NCBI RefSeq assembly: GCF_018336915.1
Contig: NZ_CP064923.1
Span: 1,110,001 to 1,142,000, forward strand
Origin: Acaryochloris marina S15
GTDB lineage: Bacteria; Cyanobacteriota; Cyanobacteriia; Thermosynechococcales; Thermosynechococcaceae
Direction: 5' to 3'
DNA length: 32,000 nucleotides
Positions 1 through 9,624 of the stretch are shown piece by piece. The translations under genes were made by a program, and so were the position numbers. Every line of letters begins with the position of its first letter. Position 1 is the stretch's first letter. The notes beneath the pieces were generated by a model. That model worked only from the letters and a program-made list of their open reading frames with translations. It did not search any database and had not been told where the DNA came from.

Positions 1-1
1 T

Positions 2-1162
2 AACCTCGTGGATACCATTCGGGGCAACCTCACCAATAGCCTCACTCGCCTCAAAGTCGAGATTATTCAGGGCTGGGGCAAAGTCATGGGCAACCAAAAA
101 GTGGTCGTCAAGTCGGATGCAGGCGAACAGACCATTACCGCTCGTGACATTATCGTTGCCAGTGGTTCCGTGCCTTGGGTTCCCCCAGGAATTGAAATTG
201 ATGGCCGAACTGTCTTTACCAGTGACGATGCCATTCGCTTGTCCTGGCTCCCGGATTGGGTGGCTATTATTGGCAGTGGCTATATCGGCTTAGAATTTTC
301 CGATGTCTATACCGCCCTGGGCAGTGAAGTAACGATTATCGAAGCCCTCGATACGTTAATGCCCACCTTTGACCCCGACATTGCCAAGATTGCTAAACGC
401 GTTTTAATTGATCCGCGCGATATTGAAACCCATGCCGGTCGACTGGCCAAGAAAGTGACGCCCGGCTCCCCTGTGGTGATTGAGCTGGCGGACGTCAAGA
501 CCAAAGAAGTGGTAGAGGTCTTGGAAGTGGATGCTTGCTTGGTTGCAACTGGGCGGATCCCAGCCACCAAGAATCTGGGTTTAGAGGCCATCAGTGTGGA
601 TACGGATCGACGGGGCTTTATCCCGGTGAACGATCAGATGCAGGTATTGAGCCAAGGGGAAGTGGTGCCCCATGTCTATGCCATTGGTGATGCAACGGGC
701 AAAATGATGCTCGCCCATGCCGCATCTGCCCAAGGAATTGTGGTCGTCGAGAATATCTGCGATCGCCCTCGGGATGTCGATTATCGCAGTATTCCGGCCG
801 CTGCTTTCACTCACCCAGAAATCAGTTTTGTGGGTTTAACAGAACCCCAAGCCAAAGAGTTGGCCAAAACCGAAGGCTTCAAAATTAAAACGGTGCGATC
901 CTATTTCAAAGCTAATTCCAAAGCTCTCGCCGAAAGTGAGGCGGATGGCCTCGCAAAACTAATCTACCGAGAAGATTCAGGGGAGATTTTGGGGGGGCAT
1001 ATCATTGGCCTCCATGCCGCTGATCTGATTCATGAAGTCTCTAATGCGGTTGCCCAAGGACAGCCGGTCCAGAGCTTAGCCCATTTGGTGCATACGCATC
1101 CCACCATTTCGGAAGTGATAGATGAGGCGTTCAAGCGAGCAGCTTCAGGCTTCGCTCCTTGA
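2..1162 (+). CDS. lpdA: Dihydrolipoyl dehydrogenase (E3), N-terminus cut off by window edge
   Basis: Reading frame is open to base 2. NAD Rossmann motif [14 protein letters not shown]-contact motif [16 protein letters not shown] and C-terminal interface motif HTHPTISE are present. About 90 N-terminal residues, including the redox disulfide, lie outside the window. Confidence 0.9.
   Translation, partial: NLVDTIRGNLTNSLTRLKVEIIQGWGKVMGNQKVVVKSDAGEQTITARDIIVASGSVPWVPPGIEIDGRTVFTSDDAIRLSWLPDWVAIIGSGYIGLEFSDVYTALGSEVTIIEALDTLMPTFDPDIAKIAKRVLIDPRDIETHAGRLAKKVTPGSPVVIELADVKTKEVVEVLEVDACLVATGRIPATKNLGLEAISVDTDRRGFIPVNDQMQVLSQGEVVPHVYAIGDATGKMMLAHAASAQGIVVVENICDRPRDVDYRSIPAAAFTHPEISFVGLTEPQAKELAKTEGFKIKTVRSYFKANSKALAESEADGLAKLIYREDSGEILGGHIIGLHAADLIHEVSNAVAQGQPVQSLAHLVHTHPTISEVIDEAFKRAASGFAP
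759..766. repeat. HIP1 octamer GCGATCGC
   Basis: Exact palindromic octamer. Confidence 0.95.
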
Positions 1163-1248
1163 TCACAATCTGTTCTACTGGAAGCTCTTGAACAATAAGG
1201 GGGCGCTTAAATCGTTATAATTGTTGGACCCTAGCTGTTTTGGTCTCC

Positions 1249-2160
1249 ATGCAAATTCGCCGTCGTCCCCCCAGTGTGGCCATTAGTATTCAAGAGCTGC
1301 AATACAAAGTTAAAACCCCCGAAAATGAACCTCGCAATATCTTAGAGAAGATTGTTTGGTTCAAAGAAACGGAGGTGGAGCAGATGCGAGAATCTGTCTC
1401 TCTCCTAGATTTGCGCAAGCAAGTTGCCACCTGTGAACCACCTCTATCTTTCATTGAAGCGCTAAAAGACGGCAAGACTCAACCCGCTCTGATTGCTGAA
1501 GTCAAAAAAGCATCGCCTAGCAAAGGCGTCCTGCGAGAAAACTTCGATCCAGTCGCCATTGCTCAGGCCTATGAAGCGTCAGGAGCCTCTTGTCTATCCG
1601 TCTTAACAGATTCCGAATTTTTTCAAGGCAGCTTTGATTATTTGCAGCAAATTCGCGAAGCAGTCGGCATTCCCTTGCTTTGCAAAGAATTTGTGATCTA
1701 TCCCTATCAAATTTATTTAGCTCGGTCTCGGGGAGCCGATGCAGTCTTACTGATTGCCGCAATTTTGAGCGATCAAGACCTCACTTATTTTCTGAAAATC
1801 ATTAAATCGCTGGGGATGACGGCCTTAGTTGAGGTACATACCCTCCCAGAGCTAGAGCGAGTTATGAAGGTTCCTGGAGTTGAGCTGATCGGTATTAATA
1901 ACCGGGATTTAGAAACGTTTACGGTGGATTTACAGGTCACCTGCCAATTATTAGCCCAGCAGAGAGCTGCACTTCAAAACCAAAATATTCTAGTGGTGAG
2001 TGAATCAGGGTTACATACCTCAGCAGATCTGGCCCAAGTCAAGCAGGCAGGGGCAGGTGCGGTCTTAATTGGGGAATCCTTAGTAAAAGAAACGGGCGAT
2101 GTCCTTACCCATAGTGAAACAGAACAAATGCAAGCTAAAATTTCTGCTCTTTTTTCCTAA
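1249..2160 (+). CDS. trpC: Indole-3-glycerol-phosphate synthase
   Basis: IGPS blocks [39 protein letters not shown] and VSESGL. The ORF track starts at TTG 1240; ATG 1249 (MQIRRR) is preferred. Confidence 0.9.
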   Translation: MQIRRRPPSVAISIQELQYKVKTPENEPRNILEKIVWFKETEVEQMRESVSLLDLRKQVATCEPPLSFIEALKDGKTQPALIAEVKKASPSKGVLRENFDPVAIAQAYEASGASCLSVLTDSEFFQGSFDYLQQIREAVGIPLLCKEFVIYPYQIYLARSRGADAVLLIAAILSDQDLTYFLKIIKSLGMTALVEVHTLPELERVMKVPGVELIGINNRDLETFTVDLQVTCQLLAQQRAALQNQNILVVSESGLHTSADLAQVKQAGAGAVLIGESLVKETGDVLTHSETEQMQAKISALFS

Positions 2161-2271
2161 ATCTATTCAGACAATTTGGTCCGCTGAAGATGATTTGATC
2201 ATCGTGAGCTGCTGGCTAGCATCACTATTTAACAGTTACCCGTTTTACCTAATCAATAATACAGGTCGGTT

Positions 2272-2505
2272 ATGGGGATAGTTCCACTGCCTTCACATAT
2301 TCATTATGAGCTTTTGCTCCAGATTCTAGAGCGGCAGACCTTGCCGTCTTTAAACCCGGCATCTGGAGAATATAATCAGGCGAAACAAGTGGTTGTCTCC
2401 CTGCGCAAAGCCTTGGCTTATCAAAAAACCTTAGAGGATCGATGTAACCAGTCTGACCGGACCGTAGAACATCGCTGGTCCCTCAATGAACAGAAAGCTC
2501 TCTAA
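2272..2505 (+). CDS. Hypothetical small protein (77 aa), weakly supported
   Basis: ATG-initiated ORF in a 430-bp gap between trpC and the coiled-coil gene. No recognisable motif. Length and position are the only support. Confidence 0.3.
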   Translation: MGIVPLPSHIHYELLLQILERQTLPSLNPASGEYNQAKQVVVSLRKALAYQKTLEDRCNQSDRTVEHRWSLNEQKAL

Positions 2506-2590
2506 CCTTCAAAGGGATGACGCCTCAGTATTTTTAAAAAAGGCTGAGCTTATCGAAAGCTTTACAGGTCGCCTGTTAAACTGAACCACA

Positions 2591-3889
2591 TTGAATTGCA
2601 CCAAGCAATGGTCAACTTGTGGGAGCCTAACGTTGGCAGAGCAACTGGAAATCAATTGGGGGAATCAGGGTGCAGCTGAAGGTGACTCACAGTCCCAAAC
2701 TGCTGTGGGAGTAGAAGAGTCCATCGTTATGCCGCAGGAGTTGTCAGAGATGTCCCTTGAGATTTCCCCGGCTGAATTGGAGGATAATGCCACTACATCC
2801 TCTACTGATCACGAACAAGACGCCACTAGTCCTCAGCAAAGAATTCAGCTTTTAGAACAAGCCCTAGAACAGTGCCAGCTATATATTGACGAACTGAAGT
2901 CCAAATTAATGGATCAAGCGTTTTTGGAAGAGCAATTGGCCACGACGGAAGAGTTCTCTCATATTCAGCAACAGGCGGTCATCACCCTGCAAGATCAGCT
3001 CACAAACCGTGAGCAAATCCAGCAAGAGCTGGAAAACTTACGGCAAGCCAAGATCGACTTAACCAATCGTTTGTCGGATAAAGATACTAGCCTTCGCTTC
3101 CAAGAAGCAGAACGGGCTAAACTCCAAGACCAGTTTGCGGAAGAACGGACTGCATTAGAACGGTTACAAGATCAAGCCGAACGGCTGTCATTGCAAATCC
3201 AGTCTTCCCAAAAAACAGCGGTGCATGAAACCCAACAGCGGATCATTGCCCAAACCACGGCGGAGCGGCTGCGGACGCAGCTGCGGGAATGTGAAGCGGA
3301 TATCCAAACCTTAGAAGTGCAGCTGCAGCAAGCCCGGGAAAGCCATACCACTCAGCAAGATATTATTAAGTCTTTGCAAAATGCGGGTAAGTCTGATTCC
3401 CATAAAAATCAAGCGATTCAAAGCTTAAGTTCTAGCCTCTTAAAAGCCCAAAATACAATCGCTGACTTGGAGACCCAGCTGTCTAATCAATCGATTGTGC
3501 AAGCCCAGTTCCAACATTCCACCCAGGAATTTGCAGAACAGGCCCAATCTTTCCAAAAGCGCTCTGAGGAATTAGAGCAGCAAGTGGCGGAAATGCAGGA
3601 ACAAATTTTGCACCAGGCCCAGCAGGCCAGTGAGTATGAAACGGCCGTCCAGCACTGGAAAGATCGCTCCTTTACCGCAGAGCAAACCGTTGCCCAGATG
3701 AAGCAACTTCTTGAACATTTGTTGGCGGATCGCAAAGGTCCTGACCTACCCCTGCCTGCAAAATTAGATGATGCGATCGCAGCTCTGTCTCAAAGTTATT
3801 TATCTGAGGATACAGCCACTCATTCTCGCAAAAACCTCAAGCTTGATTTGCCTGCCTTGTTACACCGATGGCGTCACACCAAAACTTGA
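2591..3889 (+). CDS. Q/E/L-rich coiled-coil protein, function unknown
   Basis: 432-aa ORF with long heptad-like stretches (QQRIQLLEQALEQCQLYIDELKSKL, LQDQFAEERTALERLQDQAERLSLQIQ). No TM segment or catalytic motif. Start is ambiguous: TTG 2591 or ATG 2729 (MPQELSEM). Confidence 0.6.
   Translation: MNCTKQWSTCGSLTLAEQLEINWGNQGAAEGDSQSQTAVGVEESIVMPQELSEMSLEISPAELEDNATTSSTDHEQDATSPQQRIQLLEQALEQCQLYIDELKSKLMDQAFLEEQLATTEEFSHIQQQAVITLQDQLTNREQIQQELENLRQAKIDLTNRLSDKDTSLRFQEAERAKLQDQFAEERTALERLQDQAERLSLQIQSSQKTAVHETQQRIIAQTTAERLRTQLRECEADIQTLEVQLQQARESHTTQQDIIKSLQNAGKSDSHKNQAIQSLSSSLLKAQNTIADLETQLSNQSIVQAQFQHSTQEFAEQAQSFQKRSEELEQQVAEMQEQILHQAQQASEYETAVQHWKDRSFTAEQTVAQMKQLLEHLLADRKGPDLPLPAKLDDAIAALSQSYLSEDTATHSRKNLKLDLPALLHRWRHTKT
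3773..3780. repeat. HIP1 octamer GCGATCGC
   Basis: Exact palindromic octamer. Confidence 0.95.
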
Positions 3890-3970
3890 TTCTGAACCGA
3901 TTTTGCCTACAATGTTCAGGGCATTCCCGCAGTATTCCAGACAGGCACTGACCCTGGCTTCTCCAACCCT

Positions 3971-4654
3971 ATGAGTTTTTCTGCTTCAGAATCTGTGTCT
4001 CCGGCTCTGGTCTCTCCTGATGAGGTATCGCTAAAGAACATATCTTCGCCCCCACCCCTAAAACTAGGGATTATGGCCTCGGGAACCGGGAGTAACTTTG
4101 TTGCGATCGCAGATGCCATTGCTCAACATCATCTTGCAGCCCAAATCCAGGTCGTCATTTATAACAATCCCGAGGCCCCAGTTGCCCAGCGGGCCCAAGA
4201 ACACCAGATATCGACCCATCTTATCAATCATCGCCATTTCCCCGAGCGGGAAGTCTTTGACCAACAGATCGTTGACCATCTGCGAGAAGCAGAGGTGGAA
4301 TGGGTAGTGATGGTAGGGTGGATGCGCCGAGTCACCTCAGTACTGATTGATGCCTTCCCTGATCGCATCATCAATATTCACCCCAGCCTCTTACCGAGTT
4401 TTCCAGGGATACGGGCCATTGAGCAGGCCATTGAGCATCAGGTCAAAATTTCAGGTTGTACCGTTCATATCGTCCGATTAGAAGTGGATAGTGGTCCCAT
4501 TCTGATCCAAGCCGCCGTTCCGGTCTATGCAGAGGACACCCCTGCTTGTTTGCATCGTCGCATTCAGATTCAAGAGCACCGCATTATTGTCCAAGCCATT
4601 GCTCAGCTCATTCAGAATCGCCATCCTCATAACTTATTGCTAGAGAAAAAATGA
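3971..4654 (+). CDS. purN: Phosphoribosylglycinamide formyltransferase
   Basis: GIMASGTGSNF nucleotide-binding start, INIHPSLLPSFPG catalytic block and GCTVHIV...DSGPIL. Carries a ~30-aa N-terminal extension relative to the usual PurN start. Confidence 0.88.
   Translation: MSFSASESVSPALVSPDEVSLKNISSPPPLKLGIMASGTGSNFVAIADAIAQHHLAAQIQVVIYNNPEAPVAQRAQEHQISTHLINHRHFPEREVFDQQIVDHLREAEVEWVVMVGWMRRVTSVLIDAFPDRIINIHPSLLPSFPGIRAIEQAIEHQVKISGCTVHIVRLEVDSGPILIQAAVPVYAEDTPACLHRRIQIQEHRIIVQAIAQLIQNRHPHNLLLEKK
4103..4110. repeat. HIP1 octamer GCGATCGC
   Basis: Exact palindromic octamer. Confidence 0.95.
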
Positions 4655-4797
4655 GCAGATCCACGCTCAATAGTAAGGATGAAGCTAATTATATTTTCTA
4701 AAATAATAAATAAAGATATGATTCTGTCTTTATGTCTCACAATATGGCTACCTCCATTTCTAGTCGTTAGAATTGGGGTGTCAATCCTCAACAATTT

Positions 4798-5607
4798 ATG
4801 GAAGTCCGGCTACAAAAATTGTTATCTCAATGGGGCGTTGCCTCACGCCGTCAGGCAGAACAATTAATCTCAGCGGGGCAGGTTCAGCTCAACGGACACA
4901 CAGCAGAATTAGGTCAAAAAGCCGATCCTGACCAAGACCAAATTGCCCTCAACGGCAAGATCCTCAATCCCACCAATCGCCCTCAACAGCTCTATTTACT
5001 GGTGAATAAACCCAAAGGAGTTGTGTCCACCTGTAAAGATCCTCAAAATCGGCCCACGGTGTTGGACCTGCTGCCTAAAACCTATCAACAGGGTCAAGGT
5101 CTGCATCCCGTCGGACGATTGGATGTTGCATCTACAGGGGCGTTGCTTTTAACCAATGACGGACAACTCACCTTTGCCCTCACTCACCCGCGATTCCACA
5201 TTGCCAAAACATATCAAGTTTGGTTAGAGGGATGTCCACCCCCTGAAATCCTTGCTCGATGGCGTCAAGGGATTCAGCTGGAGGACAGAAAAACCTTACC
5301 TGCACAAGTTGAAATCCTAAAACCTTACCAAAGCCATACCAATTCCATTTGTTTAGAGGTTATTCTACAGGAAGGGAGGAATCGCCAAATTCGACGAATT
5401 GCTGAACTACTGGGCTATCCGGTGCGTGCATTGCATCGAAGCCAGATTGGTTCAATATCCTTGCGCTCACCATCAGGTAAACTATTACCCCAGGGACGCC
5501 ATCGGTCGCTAACAGCTTCAGAAATGAAGAATTTGCGGCGTTTGATCAAAGTTAGGAGCAGTATAAGCCCAAGAAGGAGTTCTCCCTATGAATCCGCTCG
5601 AAGTTGA
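4798..5607 (+). CDS. Pseudouridine synthase, RsuA/RluB family (S4 domain plus catalytic domain)
   Basis: N-terminal S4 motif RLQKLLSQWGVASRRQAEQLI. Catalytic Asp motif HPVGRLDVASTGALLLTNDG. Also GRNRQIRR. Confidence 0.88.
   Translation: MEVRLQKLLSQWGVASRRQAEQLISAGQVQLNGHTAELGQKADPDQDQIALNGKILNPTNRPQQLYLLVNKPKGVVSTCKDPQNRPTVLDLLPKTYQQGQGLHPVGRLDVASTGALLLTNDGQLTFALTHPRFHIAKTYQVWLEGCPPPEILARWRQGIQLEDRKTLPAQVEILKPYQSHTNSICLEVILQEGRNRQIRRIAELLGYPVRALHRSQIGSISLRSPSGKLLPQGRHRSLTASEMKNLRRLIKVRSSISPRRSSPYESARS
5574..5579 (+). promoter_or_regulatory. Shine-Dalgarno-like AAGGAG, 8 nt upstream of the RodZ-like ATG (5588)
   Basis: Exact AAGGAG lying inside the 3' end of the pseudouridine synthase gene. 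It supports the 20-nt overlapping start. Confidence 0.5.
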
Positions 5608-6412
5608 GCCAGATTTGACGCAAAAGCTGTCAGAGATAGGCAATCGATTGCGTGAAGCCCGCCAGGCCCAGGACACCTCCTTAGAAGAGATTTCTGGAAA
5701 AACAATGATTCCGACACGTCTGCTATCCGCCATTGAAGAAGGCCGGGTGGATAGTCTACCGGAAGCCATTTATACCCGTGGGTTTATTCGTCGTTTCGGG
5801 GATAGCGTGGGCTTAAATGGGTCCAATTTAGCTGACGTCTATACTGGCAACTTAAGTCACGATCAGCTAGAAACAGAAACAAAGACTAAGAAGCGAAAAA
5901 GACGAATTGGTGGACTGAGAGGTGGCTTACGCCCTGTTCACTTATACGTCCTTTATATCGCCCTGATTATGTCCGCAGGGGTCGGGTTGTCCTACCTCAC
6001 CAATCCTTCAGCGATCACCTCGGCTGGCGATTCACCGGATACTGCAGGTGCCATCAACGCCGAATCGGAATCGGCACAGTCCAAGGAAGAATCACAAGCA
6101 CCTAAGGATACCTCGGCAAAACCCGTTGCTGATCCCACCGCCACCAATCCTGAGACCGTTCGAGTTGACCTCACTATCAAAGAGGCTTCCTGGATGGAGA
6201 TTATTGTCGATGGCGAAGTCAGTTACGAGGGCATCCTATCTCCAGGGACCAATAAAACCGTTGTCGCCAAAAAACAGCTGGTGATTAAGGCCGGTAATGC
6301 AGGCGGCGTTATGATGGCAGTCAATAAAAAGCCAGCCCAATTCATGGGAGAGCCCGGAGCCATTGAAGAAGTCAAATTGGAGCCGGAAGCCTTAACGAGT
6401 CAATCGACTTAA
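5588..6412 (+). CDS. RodZ-like protein (N-terminal HTH, one TM helix, C-terminal DUF4115-like domain)
   Basis: HTH block LREARQAQDTSLEEISGKTMIPTRLLSAIEEG. Basic stretch KKRKRR followed by TM helix LYVLYIALIMSAGVGLSYL. C-terminal VDLTIKEASWMEIIVDGE...VIKAGNAGGV is typical of DUF4115. Confidence 0.75.
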   Translation: MNPLEVEPDLTQKLSEIGNRLREARQAQDTSLEEISGKTMIPTRLLSAIEEGRVDSLPEAIYTRGFIRRFGDSVGLNGSNLADVYTGNLSHDQLETETKTKKRKRRIGGLRGGLRPVHLYVLYIALIMSAGVGLSYLTNPSAITSAGDSPDTAGAINAESESAQSKEESQAPKDTSAKPVADPTATNPETVRVDLTIKEASWMEIIVDGEVSYEGILSPGTNKTVVAKKQLVIKAGNAGGVMMAVNKKPAQFMGEPGAIEEVKLEPEALTSQST

Positions 6413-7809
6413 CCTCTAACTCTCAAGATCCGCCATATCATTGGTGATATGGGTAGTCCTAAGAAAATAGGTAAACAGATTATAAAGCTGACTAGGCTAA
6501 GCAATAGTAAAGCCATTGCCAGCTGTTGCATCCACCTATCTGATGCCCGTAGCCAACCATCTATATACCATGCCAGAGCGAGACTGGTAAACATTGATGC
6601 GGGCATATAGTGGTACAAAAACGTACAGCGACTGACCCCTACCCAGGGCAAAAAATTAGCCAAATAATTCACGCCAACGTAGCAAGGTAGCCAGACCTGT
6701 TCCCCGGAAAGGTTAGCCACATCATGATCTTCTGGATGGCGTTGAGCTATGCTATTCCAAATTTGCCATCCGCCCCAAACCAAGAGGGCCAAGATAGCGA
6801 TAGTGCTTGCCCACCAGAGCAGGGGATTGCCAATCGCATACACACTATAAATCCATTTGACTGCGTTCTGAGGCAAGGGAGGCCCCGTCACCGGCAAGGG
6901 TTCCAGAGTACTCTGGGTGACTTGATAAAAATAACTAATCGGCTTGAGCAGTAAAGGCCAGGTGTACCAAGCTGAACAATAGGGATGAACCTCGTCCCCC
7001 CCAACCTGCCGATGGTAGCCAAAGATTTCTTTGTGAACCTGCCAAAGGTTAAAGTCAGGGTTTTGAGCTAAATGGGGAATCCAGAAAATACTGTAGACGA
7101 ATAGTGCGATCCCAGGTAGATATACAAACAACTGCAGCCAGGATAACTCTGACAATCTTTGAATCGGTAACCGTCGCTTTTGTTTTTGGTTATCCGAAGA
7201 TCCAAACCATGCCTGACCGGCTTTCGCGACTAACCACAGTAGATAAAGACCGAGTAGAAATCCTAATCCATTCCATTTAACGGCGATCGTTGCCCCAAAA
7301 CTAGCACCCGCCGCTGCCAACCACCCATTACGCTGATGCCCCTGATGGTTGAGAGAGATTAAGACCAACCAGTGGGCCAACAAGCCAAAGAATAGGATGT
7401 GGACATTGAGTAAGGCATACCGGGATTCCACCAACAGCAGGCCATCTAAGCTGGCTAATACTGCTGTGATCAAGGCATAGCTCGGCCGTTTGCAGAGTTG
7501 ATAGGCAATCCCCGACAAGATCAACGGGATCGTAGCCCCAATCAGGGCATTCATCCATCGAAATCCCCAGGTGTTAAATCCCTTGAGGGCGATGCCCAGG
7601 GCAATTATATATTTACCTAAGGGAGGATGAGCATCAAAAAATTCCGTTTGGGTGAGATAGTTATGGCCAAACTTGGCAAAGTAGACCTCATCAAACACAA
7701 GGGTATTAAACCGTTCTAATCCCCAAAACCGAAAGGCTAAGGCAAAGACCCAAACGCAGCTAATTCCTATCCAAAACCAAAGGGGAGGGCGAGATGAAGA
7801 GACTCTCAT
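6409..7809 (-). CDS. GT39 / PMT-family phospholipid-carrier-dependent glycosyltransferase (polytopic membrane protein)
   Basis: N-terminal loop motif VFDEVYFAKFGHNYL...FDAHPPLGKY is characteristic of protein O-mannosyltransferase-like enzymes. Many hydrophobic helices. ATG 7809 directly follows the htrA-like stop codon. Confidence 0.8.
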   Translation of the reverse strand: MRVSSSRPPLWFWIGISCVWVFALAFRFWGLERFNTLVFDEVYFAKFGHNYLTQTEFFDAHPPLGKYIIALGIALKGFNTWGFRWMNALIGATIPLILSGIAYQLCKRPSYALITAVLASLDGLLLVESRYALLNVHILFFGLLAHWLVLISLNHQGHQRNGWLAAAGASFGATIAVKWNGLGFLLGLYLLWLVAKAGQAWFGSSDNQKQKRRLPIQRLSELSWLQLFVYLPGIALFVYSIFWIPHLAQNPDFNLWQVHKEIFGYHRQVGGDEVHPYCSAWYTWPLLLKPISYFYQVTQSTLEPLPVTGPPLPQNAVKWIYSVYAIGNPLLWWASTIAILALLVWGGWQIWNSIAQRHPEDHDVANLSGEQVWLPCYVGVNYLANFLPWVGVSRCTFLYHYMPASMFTSLALAWYIDGWLRASDRWMQQLAMALLLLSLVSFIICLPIFLGLPISPMIWRILRVRG

Positions 7810-9036
7810 CTAAGCCGCATTTTCCAGGGCTGCCGTCTGCACAGCAATCTGCTGAGTCCGTTCACCGCGCTTGAGGATGAGCTGCAGATTTTGTCCCACC
7901 TTCGTATTTTCGACAAATGACTGCATATCATTGGCACTTTTAATGGACTGACCATCTACAGACACAATCACATCACCCCAGCGAATTCCAGCTTTCGCAG
8001 CCGGTGTATCAGGGAAGACTTTCATCACCAGGGCACCATCAATTTCAGGCAAGATAAAGGGAGAGTTGGGATCTTTATTGTTTTCTTGGGCCTGCTCAGG
8101 GGTAAGGGTCGTCATTTGGACACCGACGTAGGGATAAGCAATTTTCTCACCCCGAACGAGCTGGTCTTTGAGGCTTTTGGCTTTATTGATGGGAATGGCA
8201 AACCCAATACCCATGGCATCGGCACGAATGGCGGTATTGATACCAATCACTTCACCGGCATCGCTCAGCAAAGGACCACCGGAGTTGCCTGGATTAATGG
8301 CGGCATCAGTTTGGATAAAGTCTAGTCGCTTACCAGGAATACCTACCTCTGCACTAGTGCGGTGTAAGGTGCTGATAATGCCCAGGGTAACGGTGTTGTC
8401 CAAGCCAACAGGGTTTCCTACAGCAATGGCCCAATCTCCAACTTGGGATTGATCCGAATTCCCTAAAGGCGCTACAGGCAAAGGATCTTTGACTCCTTTT
8501 AGCTTGACGACCGCTAAGTCAGAGACCTCATCAACGCCACGGACATCGCCTTCGAAAATTCGGCCATCCTTGAGAGTAACGGAAACGGTATCAGCTTTGC
8601 TGACCACATGAGCATTGGTGAGGATAATGCCGGAACTCTCAATAATAAATCCTGATCCTTGCCCCCGGAGCCGATCTTCTCGGGGACTGCGGGGATAACC
8701 TTCGGGGCCAAAGAAATCTCGTAAAAAGGGATCATCGAAAAAGGGATCGGAGGCAGGACGAACTACGGTGCGTTCCGTATCAATTCTGACGACTGTATCC
8801 CCCACCTTCTGCACTACATCTGAAATGAAGTTATGGGGGACTCCGGTAGTTGCACTGGTTAGGATTTTGGCAGCAGGGCTAGCAGGAGCCACTTCCGCCT
8901 GGGCGGGCAGTATGGACCCTAGTGTTAAGCCCACAACCAACACAGTCGATAGGATTCTTTTAAGCCAATCAGGCCGCTGTATTGGCCTAGGAAAGGCGCA
9001 TAATACTTGAAAGAACTTTGAGAAAAGCATATTCAT
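7810..9036 (-). CDS. HtrA/DegP-family periplasmic serine protease with C-terminal PDZ domain
   Basis: Signal/anchor LVVGLTLGSILPAQA. Trypsin-fold triad context TNAHVV, DLAVVKL and GNSGGPLL. PDZ block ALVMKVFPDTPAAKAGIRWGDVIVSVDG. Confidence 0.9.
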   Translation of the reverse strand: MNMLFSKFFQVLCAFPRPIQRPDWLKRILSTVLVVGLTLGSILPAQAEVAPASPAAKILTSATTGVPHNFISDVVQKVGDTVVRIDTERTVVRPASDPFFDDPFLRDFFGPEGYPRSPREDRLRGQGSGFIIESSGIILTNAHVVSKADTVSVTLKDGRIFEGDVRGVDEVSDLAVVKLKGVKDPLPVAPLGNSDQSQVGDWAIAVGNPVGLDNTVTLGIISTLHRTSAEVGIPGKRLDFIQTDAAINPGNSGGPLLSDAGEVIGINTAIRADAMGIGFAIPINKAKSLKDQLVRGEKIAYPYVGVQMTTLTPEQAQENNKDPNSPFILPEIDGALVMKVFPDTPAAKAGIRWGDVIVSVDGQSIKSANDMQSFVENTKVGQNLQLILKRGERTQQIAVQTAALENAA

Positions 9037-9146
9037 GGGTTTCTTGCTGCTTTGCTGCCACCGTCTACGCTATAACAAGTTTAGTCGTTTCTAACTGTAA
9101 CCTTCTTAAATAGCATTGGGGTGACCCACACTTGCTACCGAATCTC

Positions 9147-9581
9147 ATGAGCCAATCTCCCTCCCAAAATCCTACTTCTGACCCCAGCCCACAGTCTGTA
9201 CAAGAGACTTCAGAATCCAAATATGGGGAACGCCAAATTGCAGAAGGAGCCCTAATTACGTTTCCTAACCCTCGTATAGGGCGTCGTTATGACATTCACA
9301 TTACGCTGCCAGAATTTACCTGCAAATGTCCTTTTTCTGGATATCCTGACTTCGCCACGATTCATCTCACCTATGTTCCAGATCAACGCGTCGTAGAACT
9401 AAAAGCGTTGAAGCTCTATATCAATAGCTATCGCGATCGCTATATTTCCCATGAGGAATCAGTGAACCAAATCTTGGATGATATTGTGACTGCCTGCGAT
9501 CCCCTAGAAATCAGGGTGAAGGGTGACTTTCTACCCCGAGGGAACGTCCACACTGTAATTGAAGTAAAACATCAAAAATAG
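9147..9581 (+). CDS. queF: NADPH-dependent 7-cyano-7-deazaguanine (preQ0) reductase, type I
   Basis: Catalytic Cys context EFTCKCPFSGYPDF and QueF motif ELKALKLYI. The ORF track begins at TTG 9132; in-frame ATG 9147 is preferred. Confidence 0.88.
   Translation: MSQSPSQNPTSDPSPQSVQETSESKYGERQIAEGALITFPNPRIGRRYDIHITLPEFTCKCPFSGYPDFATIHLTYVPDQRVVELKALKLYINSYRDRYISHEESVNQILDDIVTACDPLEIRVKGDFLPRGNVHTVIEVKHQK
9433..9440. repeat. HIP1 octamer GCGATCGC
   Basis: Exact palindromic octamer. Confidence 0.95.
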
Positions 9582-9624
9582 TGGATTAGAGTCACGGACC
9601 GATAGCCTCAGCCAATCAGTCAGG

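Noticed and set aside
307-814. Antisense ORFs of 77-94 aa within lpdA; similar shadow ORFs occur inside trpC, htrA, pntA/B, the rhomboid, M16, DUF39 and ald genes
   Set aside because: Each is fully contained antisense or out of frame within a CDS that has strong motif support. None has independent evidence.
4679-4867. 62-aa ORF upstream of and overlapping the pseudouridine synthase start
   Set aside because: It lies in an AT-rich promoter-like region, gives a low-complexity hydrophobic translation and overlaps a well-supported CDS in another frame.
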